Shown here piece by piece: positions 17,837 to 27,360 of a DNA stretch of 64,000 nt. Both the position numbers and the translations under genes were made by a program. The notes beneath the pieces were generated by a model, which ran no database searches, was not told the origin of the DNA, and was given only the letters and a program-made list of their open reading frames with translations. The DNA comes from Alphaproteobacteria bacterium (GTDB lineage: Bacteria > Pseudomonadota > Alphaproteobacteria > CAAHEQ01 > UBA3637). Where the stretch lies: positions 18,875-82,874 of the forward strand of contig JAZLCE010000038.1 of the NCBI GenBank assembly GCA_045614025.1. The letters are read 5' to 3'. Numbering within the stretch: the first letter of the stretch is position 1; every line of letters begins with the position of its first letter.

Positions 17837-19201
17837 ATGCCAGCAACATCAATGGACCAATTGGTTTCACTTTGTAAAAGACGAGGATTTATTTTTCAAA
17901 ATGCCGATATTTACGGTGGTTTACAAGGGGTTTATGATTTCGGTCCTTTAGGCGTTGAACTCAAAAATAATTTAAAAGCTGCTTGGTGGCGTTCAATGAT
18001 TTATGAACGTGATGATATTGAAGGATTGGATTCTTCTATTTTAACGCATCAAAAAGTTTTGCATTATAGCGGTCATGAATCAACATTTACAGATCCGTTA
18101 ACAGATTGCAAAAAATGCAAAAACCGTTTTAGAGCTGATCATATTAAAGATGGAAAATGCCCAAATTGTGGCTCAACTGAATTAACAGAACCAAGAATGT
18201 TTAACCTTATGTTTAAAACAACGGTTGGCCCAATTGAAGATGGCTCAAACTTTGCTTATTTGCGCCCTGAAACAGCTCAAGCAATTTTCACTCAATTTAA
18301 AAATGTTGTTGATTCAACGGCCAGAAAAGCACCATTTGGAATTGCTCAAATTGGTAAATCTTTCCGTAATGAAATTACACCACGTAACTTTATTTTCCGT
18401 GTGCGTGAATTTGAACAAATGGAACTTGAATATTTTGTTAAACCTGGAACAGATGAACAATGGCTTGAAACATGGAAAGATACCCGCATTCAATGGTGGT
18501 TAGATCAAGGTCTTGATAAAGATAAATTAAAAGTTCATGCCATTGAAAAAGAAGAATTAGCCCACTATTCTAAAGCAACTTATGATTTGGAATATGAATT
18601 CCCACATGGATTAGAAGAATTAGAAGGTATTGCTGATAGAACAGACTATGATCTTGGCAATCACACAAGATATCAATCTGAATTAGAATTAACAGCCACA
18701 CCTCATGAAAACAAAGAAAGTAACACAAAACTCGCTCTTTTTGATGATGAAACAAAAAAATGGTATGTTCCATTTGTTGTTGAACCATCTGCCGGTGTTG
18801 AACGTGGTGTTTTAGCTGTTTTAACTGAAGCATACACAGAAGAAACTTTACCAAATGGGGACACACGCACTGTATTAAAATTGAAAAAGCATTTAGCCCC
18901 AATTAAAGCTGCCGTTATTCCACTTAAACGCAATAATCCGCAAATTATGGAAATGGCTCGCAACATTAAAAATACTTTATTAAAAACTGGTATTGGTCGC
19001 GTTATGCTTGAAGATTCTGGTAATATTGGTAAAGCTTATCGTCGTCATGATGAAATTGGAACACCATTTTGTATTACAGTTGACTTTGAAAGTATTGAAC
19101 AAAGCCCAACAACTGTTACCATTCGCGATAGAGACACAATGGAACAAAAACGTGTTTCATTAGAGGAATTACCAACTCTGTTAAAAGAATATTTCATCTA
19201 A
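17837..19201 (+). CDS. glyQS: glycine--tRNA ligase, homodimeric alpha2 type
   Basis: [60 protein letters not shown]; upstream promoter TTGAAT-N17-TATGAT at 17772-17800. Confidence 0.96.
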   Translation: MPATSMDQLVSLCKRRGFIFQNADIYGGLQGVYDFGPLGVELKNNLKAAWWRSMIYERDDIEGLDSSILTHQKVLHYSGHESTFTDPLTDCKKCKNRFRADHIKDGKCPNCGSTELTEPRMFNLMFKTTVGPIEDGSNFAYLRPETAQAIFTQFKNVVDSTARKAPFGIAQIGKSFRNEITPRNFIFRVREFEQMELEYFVKPGTDEQWLETWKDTRIQWWLDQGLDKDKLKVHAIEKEELAHYSKATYDLEYEFPHGLEELEGIADRTDYDLGNHTRYQSELELTATPHENKESNTKLALFDDETKKWYVPFVVEPSAGVERGVLAVLTEAYTEETLPNGDTRTVLKLKKHLAPIKAAVIPLKRNNPQIMEMARNIKNTLLKTGIGRVMLEDSGNIGKAYRRHDEIGTPFCITVDFESIEQSPTTVTIRDRDTMEQKRVSLEELPTLLKEYFI

Positions 19202-19211
19202 ACAAAGAATT

Positions 19212-19244
19212 AAAAAAGGCGGTTTTAAACCGCCTTTTCTTTTT
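19212..19244 (+). terminator. intrinsic terminator of glyQS
   Basis: AAAAGGCGGTTT..AAACCGCCTTTT. Confidence 0.85.
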
Positions 19245-19333
19245 GCCTAGAAACGCATTCATAAAAAAATAAACCCGAAACAAAAGGCCCCACCTTTTCT
19301 CAACAAATGCAAAGAATAAGTTGTTCGATTCAA

Positions 19334-19439
19334 AAACTATTTTAAGTGAGCAGATGGTAAGATATGAGAGGCGACGTGTACATTGGCTGGCGTATACGAG
19401 ACCTCTCACATCTGCCTCAGATGCCTCTTAAAATAGTTT
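19334..19439. repeat. ~106-bp imperfect palindromic element (MITE/RPE-like or structured RNA)
   Basis: Perfect 13-bp terminal arms AAACTATTTTAAG / CTTAAAATAGTTT; inner stems AGATATGAGAGG / CCTCTCACATCT and CGTGTAC / GTATACG. Confidence 0.7.
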
Positions 19440-19440
19440 G

Positions 19441-22413
19441 CTAGAATCGAAGTTCAAACTTCAACATTCCACTATGATCCTGATACTCTTTTCTGAATGA
19501 ACCAGAATACTCCAGTTTCAAACTGGTGCAGTCTGAAACTTTAGCTTCAAGGCCGGTTGTAATCGTGGCACTTAATCTATCAAGCGCTTCTCCGGTAACA
19601 GTGTATGACGCTCCATTCGCAAGGGTATTAAGCGTGTTCACATCATCTGTCACCACGTCATATCCAACACCTACCCCAACTGTCGGGCGGATTTTCCCTA
19701 AATCCCAACTAGCTTTTGCTCCCATAAGTGCAGTTAAATAATTAGATGTGACACCATCCACCGTTGTCCCCAACGTGTCGGTATAGCTCTCTTGTTTAAC
19801 AGTAAGATATCTAAGGCCAATTTCTGGCGTGACAACCATATTATCAAGCTTGATATCATACCCAGTCATCACTTGAGCACCCCAAGAATCAACGTCATAG
19901 TTGGCTGTTCCTTTAGATGAAAGAATTTGCTTTTCTTCATCATATTGACCACGTGAAACCGTTGCCATACCACTTACCCACCAAGCGTTTGGTTGATAGT
20001 GCGCTGAGATAAACCCAGTATTCACATCGGCTTCTGTTCGGCGCAACTCTTCTTTGGCCGTTGTTTGACTTGTGGCATATCCAACACCCACCGTCAAGGC
20101 ATCCGTTACTTTGGATTGAACGCCTAAAACAGCGCCTTTTGAGTACGCTTTAAAACCCTCTCCCATCGTGGATTTTGTTTTATCATAGAGCCCTTTCATA
20201 ACCACTTTGGCTCTTGGAGCTTCTTCACCACCAGCTCGGCCGACCTCGGCTTCTTTTTCCATGGCCATTTGAGAGATGACCCGTTGAAGCTCATTAAAGT
20301 GCCCCATTGCCAATGATTGGGCGGCTGGTTGCGCTGTTCCTCCAATCGCTTTCAAGGCTTTCTTAGCTTTTCCCACCATTTTAGCATCATCTGATTGCAA
20401 AGCTTCTAACACTTCTTCTTGCATCAGGCGAAATGTTTGATGTTCAAAATTATTCCCCTGCATTAAGGCATCTAAAACTCTTGCCTCGTTTTCCTTAATT
20501 CCCATATCATTTTCAATTGTATTGCTTTCTTTTTTTTCAATTTTATAAGAACCATCACCCAAATCTTGAATATCAAGCAAATTGTTATCCATTAAAGTTA
20601 ATTGATTATCTTTGCTAAAGACCTGATAAATACCACTTTCTTGCTCCAAACCATTAGTCAACTTTAACTCTAAATTCGCTGTTTCATCCCCCTCAATATT
20701 GTTATATATTAAAGTCCCATAATCATTCAAATCATTTAAGGTAACTTTTAATGTTGAGTCATTTCCAAAAACAATTGAATCAGCTCTTACTTTTTTATTT
20801 TCAATATCAAAACTTGTATTTTCTTTAATTTTAATTTCACTAAATGAATATTCTGAAATATCGTCTTTTAACTTCATATTATTTGAAAGCACCTTGTTTT
20901 GAATATTCGAAGTTAAAAGAACAGAATTATCAAATTCATATATTGCCCCAGTATTTCCAATCGATGAGTCAATTTCAACTTGTCCATTTCTAAAGGCAAT
21001 AATGTTACCAGATTCATTTGTTAACGCCTTGGTTACAATAAATTTTGAAAGATGACCATCTGCTCGGGCTTCTATTTTATATAATAAATCCTTAACATCT
21101 ATTGAAATCTTTTCCCCTAATGAATTCTCATATTCAATTTTTTCATCACTTAAATAACCAAGCTCTTTAGCCTGTTCTGAAAGTGTGTATGTTCCAAAAC
21201 AAATTTTTGCTCCTAAATCAGTTGCTCCAAATGAAACAGCATCAGTTACAGAAGGGCCAATTTCCATTTCATCTTTTGTTGTATAATGAGAAAGTGTTCC
21301 AACCGTTTTTGTTTGAGCATCTTCCCCAACAACTGCTTGATAATTAATCTCAGCGCCATGCGTTTTAAGTTCACCGCCATTAATAAGATGTTCACTAGCT
21401 AAATTAAAGTTTTCACTTCTAGCAATCACAAGACCATCTGTTTGTTTAAATGTTGGATTATAACCACTTTTTTCTGAATAGGTATTTTGCGAGGCATCCG
21501 CAAAGATTAAAGTCCCTGCTCCACTTTTTGTTATGGAAGTGTTACCTGTTGTATAAACACCGCCCTCAATTAAACCAACGCTACCCGCTTCATTTGAAAA
21601 AGACAATACCTGATTATCAGTTGCTGAATTTAAATAAATATCATTATTTAAAAACTCAGATCCACCATTTTTTGATTTATTGCCAAATAATACAAAATCC
21701 CCTTTCAACTCAATCGATGTGCCAGACCGTCCTAAAATAGCGCCTCCATATGTATTGGATTTATTCTCAATAAATTTGGAATTTTCAATAACAACATTTT
21801 CATTTTCAAAGAAAAGAGCTCCACCTCCCTCATATGAGAGCCCTGTTCCTGTTGAAGTGTTTTTTATAAAAGATACATCTGAAAGACTTGTCGTTCCTTG
21901 AACAACAAAGTCAATAATAGCATGTGTTGCAATAGCACCGCCTAATACCGCTGTATTTTCTATAAAAATAGAATTTGAAATATTATTGGTAATCGATGTT
22001 TTATTTTTAACACCCCAATGCCATAAAGTCATTGCAGCACCAGAATAAGTTGAGTTATTATGAACAAAACGACTATTTGTTATAAAATAATCTGATGTGG
22101 CAACAATATCACTCGCAGAAGCGGAGTTAGCACTTTTAACTGTATTAGAAAAAGCTCCTCTCCCAGATTCCCAATCTCGAACAGAAACAGTCACACTATT
22201 TTGATTTGCTGAATAAGAAAATTTTGACGTTTGTTCAGCACTAATAAAATTGGTTCCTGACCAGTTCAAAGCGCTTCCTGGATATAAATAATTTGCATAA
22301 ACATTAGGGCTATATGAAACTGAAAAATAAAAAGCAACACTCATCAATAAAAAGTTTTTTCTAAAAAAAACAGGAAGAGACTTCTGAATGTGATGTTGAA
22401 ACGAGGCTGTCAT
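19441..22413 (-). CDS. autotransporter with Pmp-like (FxxN/GGA[I/L]) passenger repeats
   Basis: ATG at 22413 after AAGGAG; signal peptide; FIEN..GGAI and FIKN..GGGAL repeats; TKSGAGTL; barrel motifs VTPEIGLRY; ends KFELRF. Confidence 0.88.
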   Translation of the reverse strand: MTASFQHHIQKSLPVFFRKNFLLMSVAFYFSVSYSPNVYANYLYPGSALNWSGTNFISAEQTSKFSYSANQNSVTVSVRDWESGRGAFSNTVKSANSASASDIVATSDYFITNSRFVHNNSTYSGAAMTLWHWGVKNKTSITNNISNSIFIENTAVLGGAIATHAIIDFVVQGTTSLSDVSFIKNTSTGTGLSYEGGGALFFENENVVIENSKFIENKSNTYGGAILGRSGTSIELKGDFVLFGNKSKNGGSEFLNNDIYLNSATDNQVLSFSNEAGSVGLIEGGVYTTGNTSITKSGAGTLIFADASQNTYSEKSGYNPTFKQTDGLVIARSENFNLASEHLINGGELKTHGAEINYQAVVGEDAQTKTVGTLSHYTTKDEMEIGPSVTDAVSFGATDLGAKICFGTYTLSEQAKELGYLSDEKIEYENSLGEKISIDVKDLLYKIEARADGHLSKFIVTKALTNESGNIIAFRNGQVEIDSSIGNTGAIYEFDNSVLLTSNIQNKVLSNNMKLKDDISEYSFSEIKIKENTSFDIENKKVRADSIVFGNDSTLKVTLNDLNDYGTLIYNNIEGDETANLELKLTNGLEQESGIYQVFSKDNQLTLMDNNLLDIQDLGDGSYKIEKKESNTIENDMGIKENEARVLDALMQGNNFEHQTFRLMQEEVLEALQSDDAKMVGKAKKALKAIGGTAQPAAQSLAMGHFNELQRVISQMAMEKEAEVGRAGGEEAPRAKVVMKGLYDKTKSTMGEGFKAYSKGAVLGVQSKVTDALTVGVGYATSQTTAKEELRRTEADVNTGFISAHYQPNAWWVSGMATVSRGQYDEEKQILSSKGTANYDVDSWGAQVMTGYDIKLDNMVVTPEIGLRYLTVKQESYTDTLGTTVDGVTSNYLTALMGAKASWDLGKIRPTVGVGVGYDVVTDDVNTLNTLANGASYTVTGEALDRLSATITTGLEAKVSDCTSLKLEYSGSFRKEYQDHSGMLKFELRF

Positions 22414-22546
22414 AAAATACTCCTTAAAACAAATCAAAAATAGTTACTCCAACTATATGCTATTAAAAATTTTTTTGGAAGAAAAGTTTGGTTAGAAAAT
22501 ATAACTATTGTTAGATCTGCTAGACCTGTTTGACTCCCATTTTTTC

Positions 22547-22576
22547 ATTATAACACAATTTAAAATTTAATGTCTA
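22547..22576 (-). promoter_or_regulatory. candidate promoter of the Pmp-like autotransporter
   Basis: Minus strand TAGACA-N18-TATAAT with TGn. Confidence 0.45.
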
Positions 22577-22902
22577 AAAAAAAGCTATTTTTAACTTTTT
22601 TTACGCACTGATTTTAAAGGATTACTTTTTATTAAAATTTTTCATAAAATTTCAAAAAAACAACTTTTTTATGCTTTATTTCTTATCCCCCCAAATAAAA
22701 CTTTTTTTATCCACTATTTATTTGCTGACAAACAAAGTTATTTTCCTTTTTTTATAGACAAACAACCTTCTTTTAACTTGAAATGTTCAATCACCAATCA
22801 CAAAACAAGTTATAATTGAAACAAACAAAAAAGAGGTTCTCTTCTGATAAATAGGAATTAAAACAACTTCTTTTAGCTTGTAAATAAGTGGGTTTATATA
22901 AA

Positions 22903-24030
22903 CTATCGACCAGAACCTAAGCCCATACCGTTAACCATTTGTTCTTGCATATCAAATGTACCAGCAACAACCCAACAAATAACGGCGGCAATCATTAAAA
23001 TAGCCAACCCATTTAAGGCTGCAGCTTTGGCGGCAACATCATTAATGGAATCTTCCATCCAATCAACAGATAAACGTTCAAGAGCTTCAGTAAAGTTATC
23101 TAATTCAGAATAAATACGAAGGTCTCCGATAACTTCTTCATCAGGGAAACCCAATCCTGTTTTATAAAGCGCATCACCAATGTTGTCACCGTTATTAACG
23201 TGTTTTAACGCACTATCAATACGATAAAGCAGATAAGGTGAAGCATCATGGCGCAAAGCTCTCATTGCTTTTGAAACAGGCGTTCCCGCGCTTACAAGAG
23301 CAGATAAAGAAAGCAACCAACCCACACCAATAAAAATACGATAAATTGACCAAGGGGCAATTTTATCCGCAACAGCTCTAGAATCTTTTTTCCAACGCGG
23401 AAAAGTAAAAAGAACAACAACAACCACAACTGGTAATGTTGCGAATAGGAAAAGAGGATGCGCTTGAACAAAAATAGAAAGATTAACCAAGGATAAAGAA
23501 AGCCCTGTCCATCTTAAGTTTGGAACCGCCTCTACCATAGGAGGAACCATGAATGCACCCACACCCCAAATTAAGAAAAACACCATACTGATCAAAAAGA
23601 GCGGATATAAAACGGCGCCCATAACCGCGCTTTTCATCCGTTTAATACCTTCAACAACGCGAACCGTATTTTCAAGAGCAGATTCCAAATTCGCAACATC
23701 ACCAACTGAAAGCATCAATAATTCTGTGCTTGGCGCCCACCCTTTTAAGGCAACTGAAAATGGATCCCCGTTACGAACAGATTTCATCCAACATGAAATT
23801 GCAATAGCATCAGAGTCATATGGATTCCTTCCATCTTTTGACGCAATTTGATAAATCCGTTCCAATGCATCCATCAATGAAAATCGGTTTTTAAGAAGCG
23901 ATCTTAATTTATTATAAAGAGCAATACGTGATGAACTACTTGAAGGTAAATGGCAAAACATTAATTTTGCAACAGCAATTTCAAAACTGCTTACTGGTCT
24001 AACAACCACCTTTTTCGTTGATTTACTCAT
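22903..24030 (-). CDS. pilR: type IVb pilus inner-membrane platform protein (PilR/GspF family)
   Basis: GspF-like organisation (NGDPFSVAL, AVLYP plus TM, AGTPVSKAM, GDNIGDAL), three TM segments; position in the operon. Confidence 0.85.
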   Translation of the reverse strand: MSKSTKKVVVRPVSSFEIAVAKLMFCHLPSSSSSRIALYNKLRSLLKNRFSLMDALERIYQIASKDGRNPYDSDAIAISCWMKSVRNGDPFSVALKGWAPSTELLMLSVGDVANLESALENTVRVVEGIKRMKSAVMGAVLYPLFLISMVFFLIWGVGAFMVPPMVEAVPNLRWTGLSLSLVNLSIFVQAHPLFLFATLPVVVVVVLFTFPRWKKDSRAVADKIAPWSIYRIFIGVGWLLSLSALVSAGTPVSKAMRALRHDASPYLLYRIDSALKHVNNGDNIGDALYKTGLGFPDEEVIGDLRIYSELDNFTEALERLSVDWMEDSINDVAAKAAALNGLAILMIAAVICWVVAGTFDMQEQMVNGMGLGSGR

Positions 24031-24043
24031 TTAACTTTGCTCC

Positions 24044-26260
24044 TTAACCTGTGATTGTTTGATCGAGGAATCCTGTCCATCTTTCAACTTCACCAATATC
24101 AATAATCCCATTAAACATATGTCTTAAAGCCGATTCGCGCAAGGTTGTTCCATTTAACTCATTAATCCAATAGTTAATGGCTTTTACTGTATCACCTTTT
24201 AACATTAATTCAAGGAAGGTTGTATCTGGCAAAATAATTTCAGAAACAGCAATACGCCCTTTAACACCTTTAAAATCACAATGCTTACACCCTGGACCTC
24301 TTAAATAAGTTGTTTCAAGAGCAATATCACCAAATCCTGTTCTTAAACGTTCAATAATTGGTAAACTTAAACGTTCAGTTGCAGGAATTCTACAATGCGG
24401 ACACAAGCGTCTAAACAAACGTTGAGCAGTTAACCCTTTAATAATTTCAGGATCCTTCAATTTAAATTCTTCAACACCCATATCTTTCAAACGAATTAAA
24501 ATAGATGGTGCGTTGTTAGCGTGCAAAGTTGTCCACACATTGTGCCCTGAAAGAGCAGCTCTAAAAGCAAGGTCTGCAGCAGAAAGAGTACGAACTTCCC
24601 CGATCATCATGGAGTCAGGGTCAGAACGAAGAGCAGCAGCCAAAGCCTTTGTAAACTCTCTTTCCTTTGCTTCTTCAATGGTTGCGTTTGTCACCGGCAT
24701 TTGACGAGCCCCAGGAATTGGATATTCTGGAGGATCTTCCACCGTAATTAAGTTAACTTCATAGTTTCTTTCTTGCAACATTGCGATCATATTGCGTTGC
24801 AAGGTTGTTGATTTACCAGAACCTGTTGGTCCAGAAATAATAGTAATCCCTGTTGGTTCACCGCGAAGTTTATAAAAATCTTCTGTATCTTTTTTCGTAA
24901 ATCCAAGTGATTCTAATGCACTATCTGATTCCGTGCTTTCTTCAGCATAAAGCAAACGCAAAACAACATAACGCGTACCGAAAGCAATTGGGTTGAATTG
25001 AAGACGAACACCAAGGATATTTCTTGGCAAAATTAATTTACCATGAGATCCACGCAAAGGGGTTCGACCCAATTTTTGAGCCGCTTGGTATTCGTTTTGT
25101 GCATAGTTGGCGTCAGAAATATCCGCAGAAGCAAAAGCAGCACGAACAAAGCTTTCACCCCATTCTTTTTTATATTCCATTTCTGTTTGCATCAAACCAT
25201 TCACACGGAACATAACAATGGTGTTTTCAGCCACAACAATATGAATATCGGAAACGTGCATCGCAGCAGCACGAGAAATAATTGTAATAAAGTCACGTTG
25301 CATACGTGCTTGTGCTTGTTCAACAACGTCTGGTTTCTCTGTAACTTCATCAGTATCTTCAGCATATGAGTTTTGAGCTGCATACTCATAAATTGTGCTA
25401 AGCACTGTCATTGGAACATATTCAGGCTTACCAATTTGAAGATTACGCTTTTTAACCAAATATTCAAAGCTTAAAACTTTACCATCATATTTATATGTTT
25501 CTGCAACAAAGTATCGACCATTTGAAAATAATGCCAACAAAGAACGCATATCATCTTTAAGTTGAAAAGTAGCGCCTGGCGCGGTGATACAAGTATTCCC
25601 GTTTGCAAACAATTTTTTCAAGAACAAAGGATTTGAATAGTGAACATATTCTAAATCTTCGGTTACTGTTTTTTCTTCTTTAACCTCTTCTTTCTTTTCT
25701 TCTTCATCTTTTTTAGAAACACTAAGTTCTGGCTCAGCTTGTTTCACAAAAGTTTTAGAACGTGGCGCTTGAGCCATTGGAATAATACCATCAGAAGAAG
25801 AAGTTGCAGGAACCATTTTTGTTCCTTCAATTTCTTCAGGCATATCTTTTGTTTCTTGTTCTTCGAAAACTTCAGTTGTTTCTTGTTCTTCGAAAACTTC
25901 TTTTGTTTCTTGTTCAACCACTTGTTCTGCATCTAAAGTTGAAGGAACTTCTAAAGAAGGCAAATCTGCATAATCATCAACAGACATGTCTATTTCCCTA
26001 TGAATAGAAGAAAGCGGCGCTTTTGGAATGGGTGGAGCCATAAAAGGAGCTGCGGGATGATCAATGGTTGGGGAAAAAGACCTTTCTTCTTCCATATCAA
26101 AAGATGTTGATACACCAGATGTTTTTGAAAAAACATCTTCCCCATATTGATCATTTTGATCTGAATCAGGAATATCAATAGCAGAAACATCCAATAAATT
26201 AGATGATGAGCTTGTTCCTTCATCCTGATCTCTTGTCCCATTTTTATTCCAAAAATTCAT
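24044..26260 (-). CDS. pilQ: type IVb pilus assembly ATPase (PilQ/GspE family) with a long acidic N-terminal extension
   Basis: SDIHI, GPTGSGKSTT, TVEDPPE, LRSDPD, IGEVR, GHNVWTTLHAN, CPHC..CKHC. Confidence 0.9.
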   Translation of the reverse strand: MNFWNKNGTRDQDEGTSSSSNLLDVSAIDIPDSDQNDQYGEDVFSKTSGVSTSFDMEEERSFSPTIDHPAAPFMAPPIPKAPLSSIHREIDMSVDDYADLPSLEVPSTLDAEQVVEQETKEVFEEQETTEVFEEQETKDMPEEIEGTKMVPATSSSDGIIPMAQAPRSKTFVKQAEPELSVSKKDEEEKKEEVKEEKTVTEDLEYVHYSNPLFLKKLFANGNTCITAPGATFQLKDDMRSLLALFSNGRYFVAETYKYDGKVLSFEYLVKKRNLQIGKPEYVPMTVLSTIYEYAAQNSYAEDTDEVTEKPDVVEQAQARMQRDFITIISRAAAMHVSDIHIVVAENTIVMFRVNGLMQTEMEYKKEWGESFVRAAFASADISDANYAQNEYQAAQKLGRTPLRGSHGKLILPRNILGVRLQFNPIAFGTRYVVLRLLYAEESTESDSALESLGFTKKDTEDFYKLRGEPTGITIISGPTGSGKSTTLQRNMIAMLQERNYEVNLITVEDPPEYPIPGARQMPVTNATIEEAKEREFTKALAAALRSDPDSMMIGEVRTLSAADLAFRAALSGHNVWTTLHANNAPSILIRLKDMGVEEFKLKDPEIIKGLTAQRLFRRLCPHCRIPATERLSLPIIERLRTGFGDIALETTYLRGPGCKHCDFKGVKGRIAVSEIILPDTTFLELMLKGDTVKAINYWINELNGTTLRESALRHMFNGIIDIGEVERWTGFLDQTITG
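25851..25915. repeat. 27-bp tandem repeat (~2.4 copies) encoding EVFEEQET(T/K) in the ATPase N-terminal extension
   Basis: GTTTCTTGTTCTTCGAAAACTTC units at 25851 and 25878, partial copy at 25905. Confidence 0.85.
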
Positions 26261-26307
26261 TTTGTCCCCTTTTGACAAACTTAAACGTTCTTTGTAATAT
26301 TCTTTTA

Positions 26308-27360
26308 TTATTCAACTTCAACAACTTCTTCTGAAGATTCGGAAGATGTGTCTACAACTGTTTTTGGTGATGCAAGTAAAATAACTTCAACTCTTCCTGC
26401 AAATGAAACTTGAACAGAATCTCTGTCTACACGTAAAATCTTATGGCCTGTTTTTAAACGTTGACCTTTTTTAACATTTAAAACAGTTCCATCTTCTTTA
26501 TTTTCAAGACGAGCTGTTAATCTTCCTTTTAATCCTCTCACACCAAGTAATGAGTAAAGAGAAGAGGCAGATTGGCCAATTGACCCTGAAAATTCAGATT
26601 CATCAACTGGTGCTGGTTCTGGAGCTGAAACAACTGGTTTTGGTTCTTCTTTTGGAGCAGCTTCAACAACTGGTGCTGGCATATTTTTTGCCGCTTCCTT
26701 TTCTGCCAAAGCTTCCGTTCTAAGTTTATTTCTAAGTTCTTCCGCTTCAGCAATTTGTTGTTCAATAGCTTCTGTTTCAGCTTTTTTCTTTTCCATTTCA
26801 ATGCGAATATTTTCTTGTTCTTGCCACCAATTAATACGGGAACGAACAACATCTTCACGTTTAGCAATTTCGTCTAAACGGGCTTGTCTATATTTCGCAC
26901 GTAAAGCTTCTAAGTTATTTTTAAGTTCTTCTTTTTGACTTTGCAATTTTAAAAAGACATTACCTCTTTCTAAATCAGCCATTTCTTGGAAAACTTCCGT
27001 TGTAATACGACCCAACAATTGTTCACTTGGCATATCTTTTGAAGATAAAGATTCACCCATTGGAGCTGGCCCAGTGACCAATGTTTCATTAATACCTGGA
27101 AGTGTTGCCATTTCAATACTTCCTAAAGATGGTCGACCAGGGAAATCCACAATTTTATCTGGATTGATACTCACATTATCGCCGATTAATTCATCAACGG
27201 CTTTTGTTTTTTCAACATTAGGGATATTTGCTTGGTCTTCTTGTTTAACTTCAACAGCCGGCGCATTACTTGCCCCTTCTGTCTGAGCCATCACTGGTGA
27301 AACTAATGAGGTTGTTGATAAAACAAGTGCTCCTAATAAAATTAATGTTTTATTTTGCAT
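26308..27360 (-). CDS. PilP-like type IVb pilus accessory protein (signal peptide, coiled coil, C-terminal beta domain)
   Basis: C-terminal LLGVRGLKGRLTARL..VKKGQRL.TGHKI resembles T4b PilP; lies between the pilO- and pilQ-like genes. Confidence 0.65.
   Translation of the reverse strand: MQNKTLILLGALVLSTTSLVSPVMAQTEGASNAPAVEVKQEDQANIPNVEKTKAVDELIGDNVSINPDKIVDFPGRPSLGSIEMATLPGINETLVTGPAPMGESLSSKDMPSEQLLGRITTEVFQEMADLERGNVFLKLQSQKEELKNNLEALRAKYRQARLDEIAKREDVVRSRINWWQEQENIRIEMEKKKAETEAIEQQIAEAEELRNKLRTEALAEKEAAKNMPAPVVEAAPKEEPKPVVSAPEPAPVDESEFSGSIGQSASSLYSLLGVRGLKGRLTARLENKEDGTVLNVKKGQRLKTGHKILRVDRDSVQVSFAGRVEVILLASPKTVVDTSSESSEEVVEVE

Noticed and set aside
19334..20460. Diversity-generating retroelement target (gene 3' end followed by a hairpin)
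   Set aside because: No reverse transcriptase or template/variable repeat pair was seen, and the gene's 3' end encodes a barrel, not a variable ligand-binding domain.
22680..22760. Possible DnaA boxes (TTATCCACT, TTATCCCCC) in a long AT-rich gap, suggesting oriC
   Set aside because: Only mismatched boxes, no usual origin-flanking genes, and no evident change of strand skew by eye.
22414..22902. Shufflon or invertible pilV segment after the T4b pilus operon
   Set aside because: No recombinase, no pilV and no repeated sfx-like sites were visible.
25851..25915. CRISPR-like direct repeats
   Set aside because: The units are directly tandem and in-frame within a CDS, with no spacers and no cas genes.
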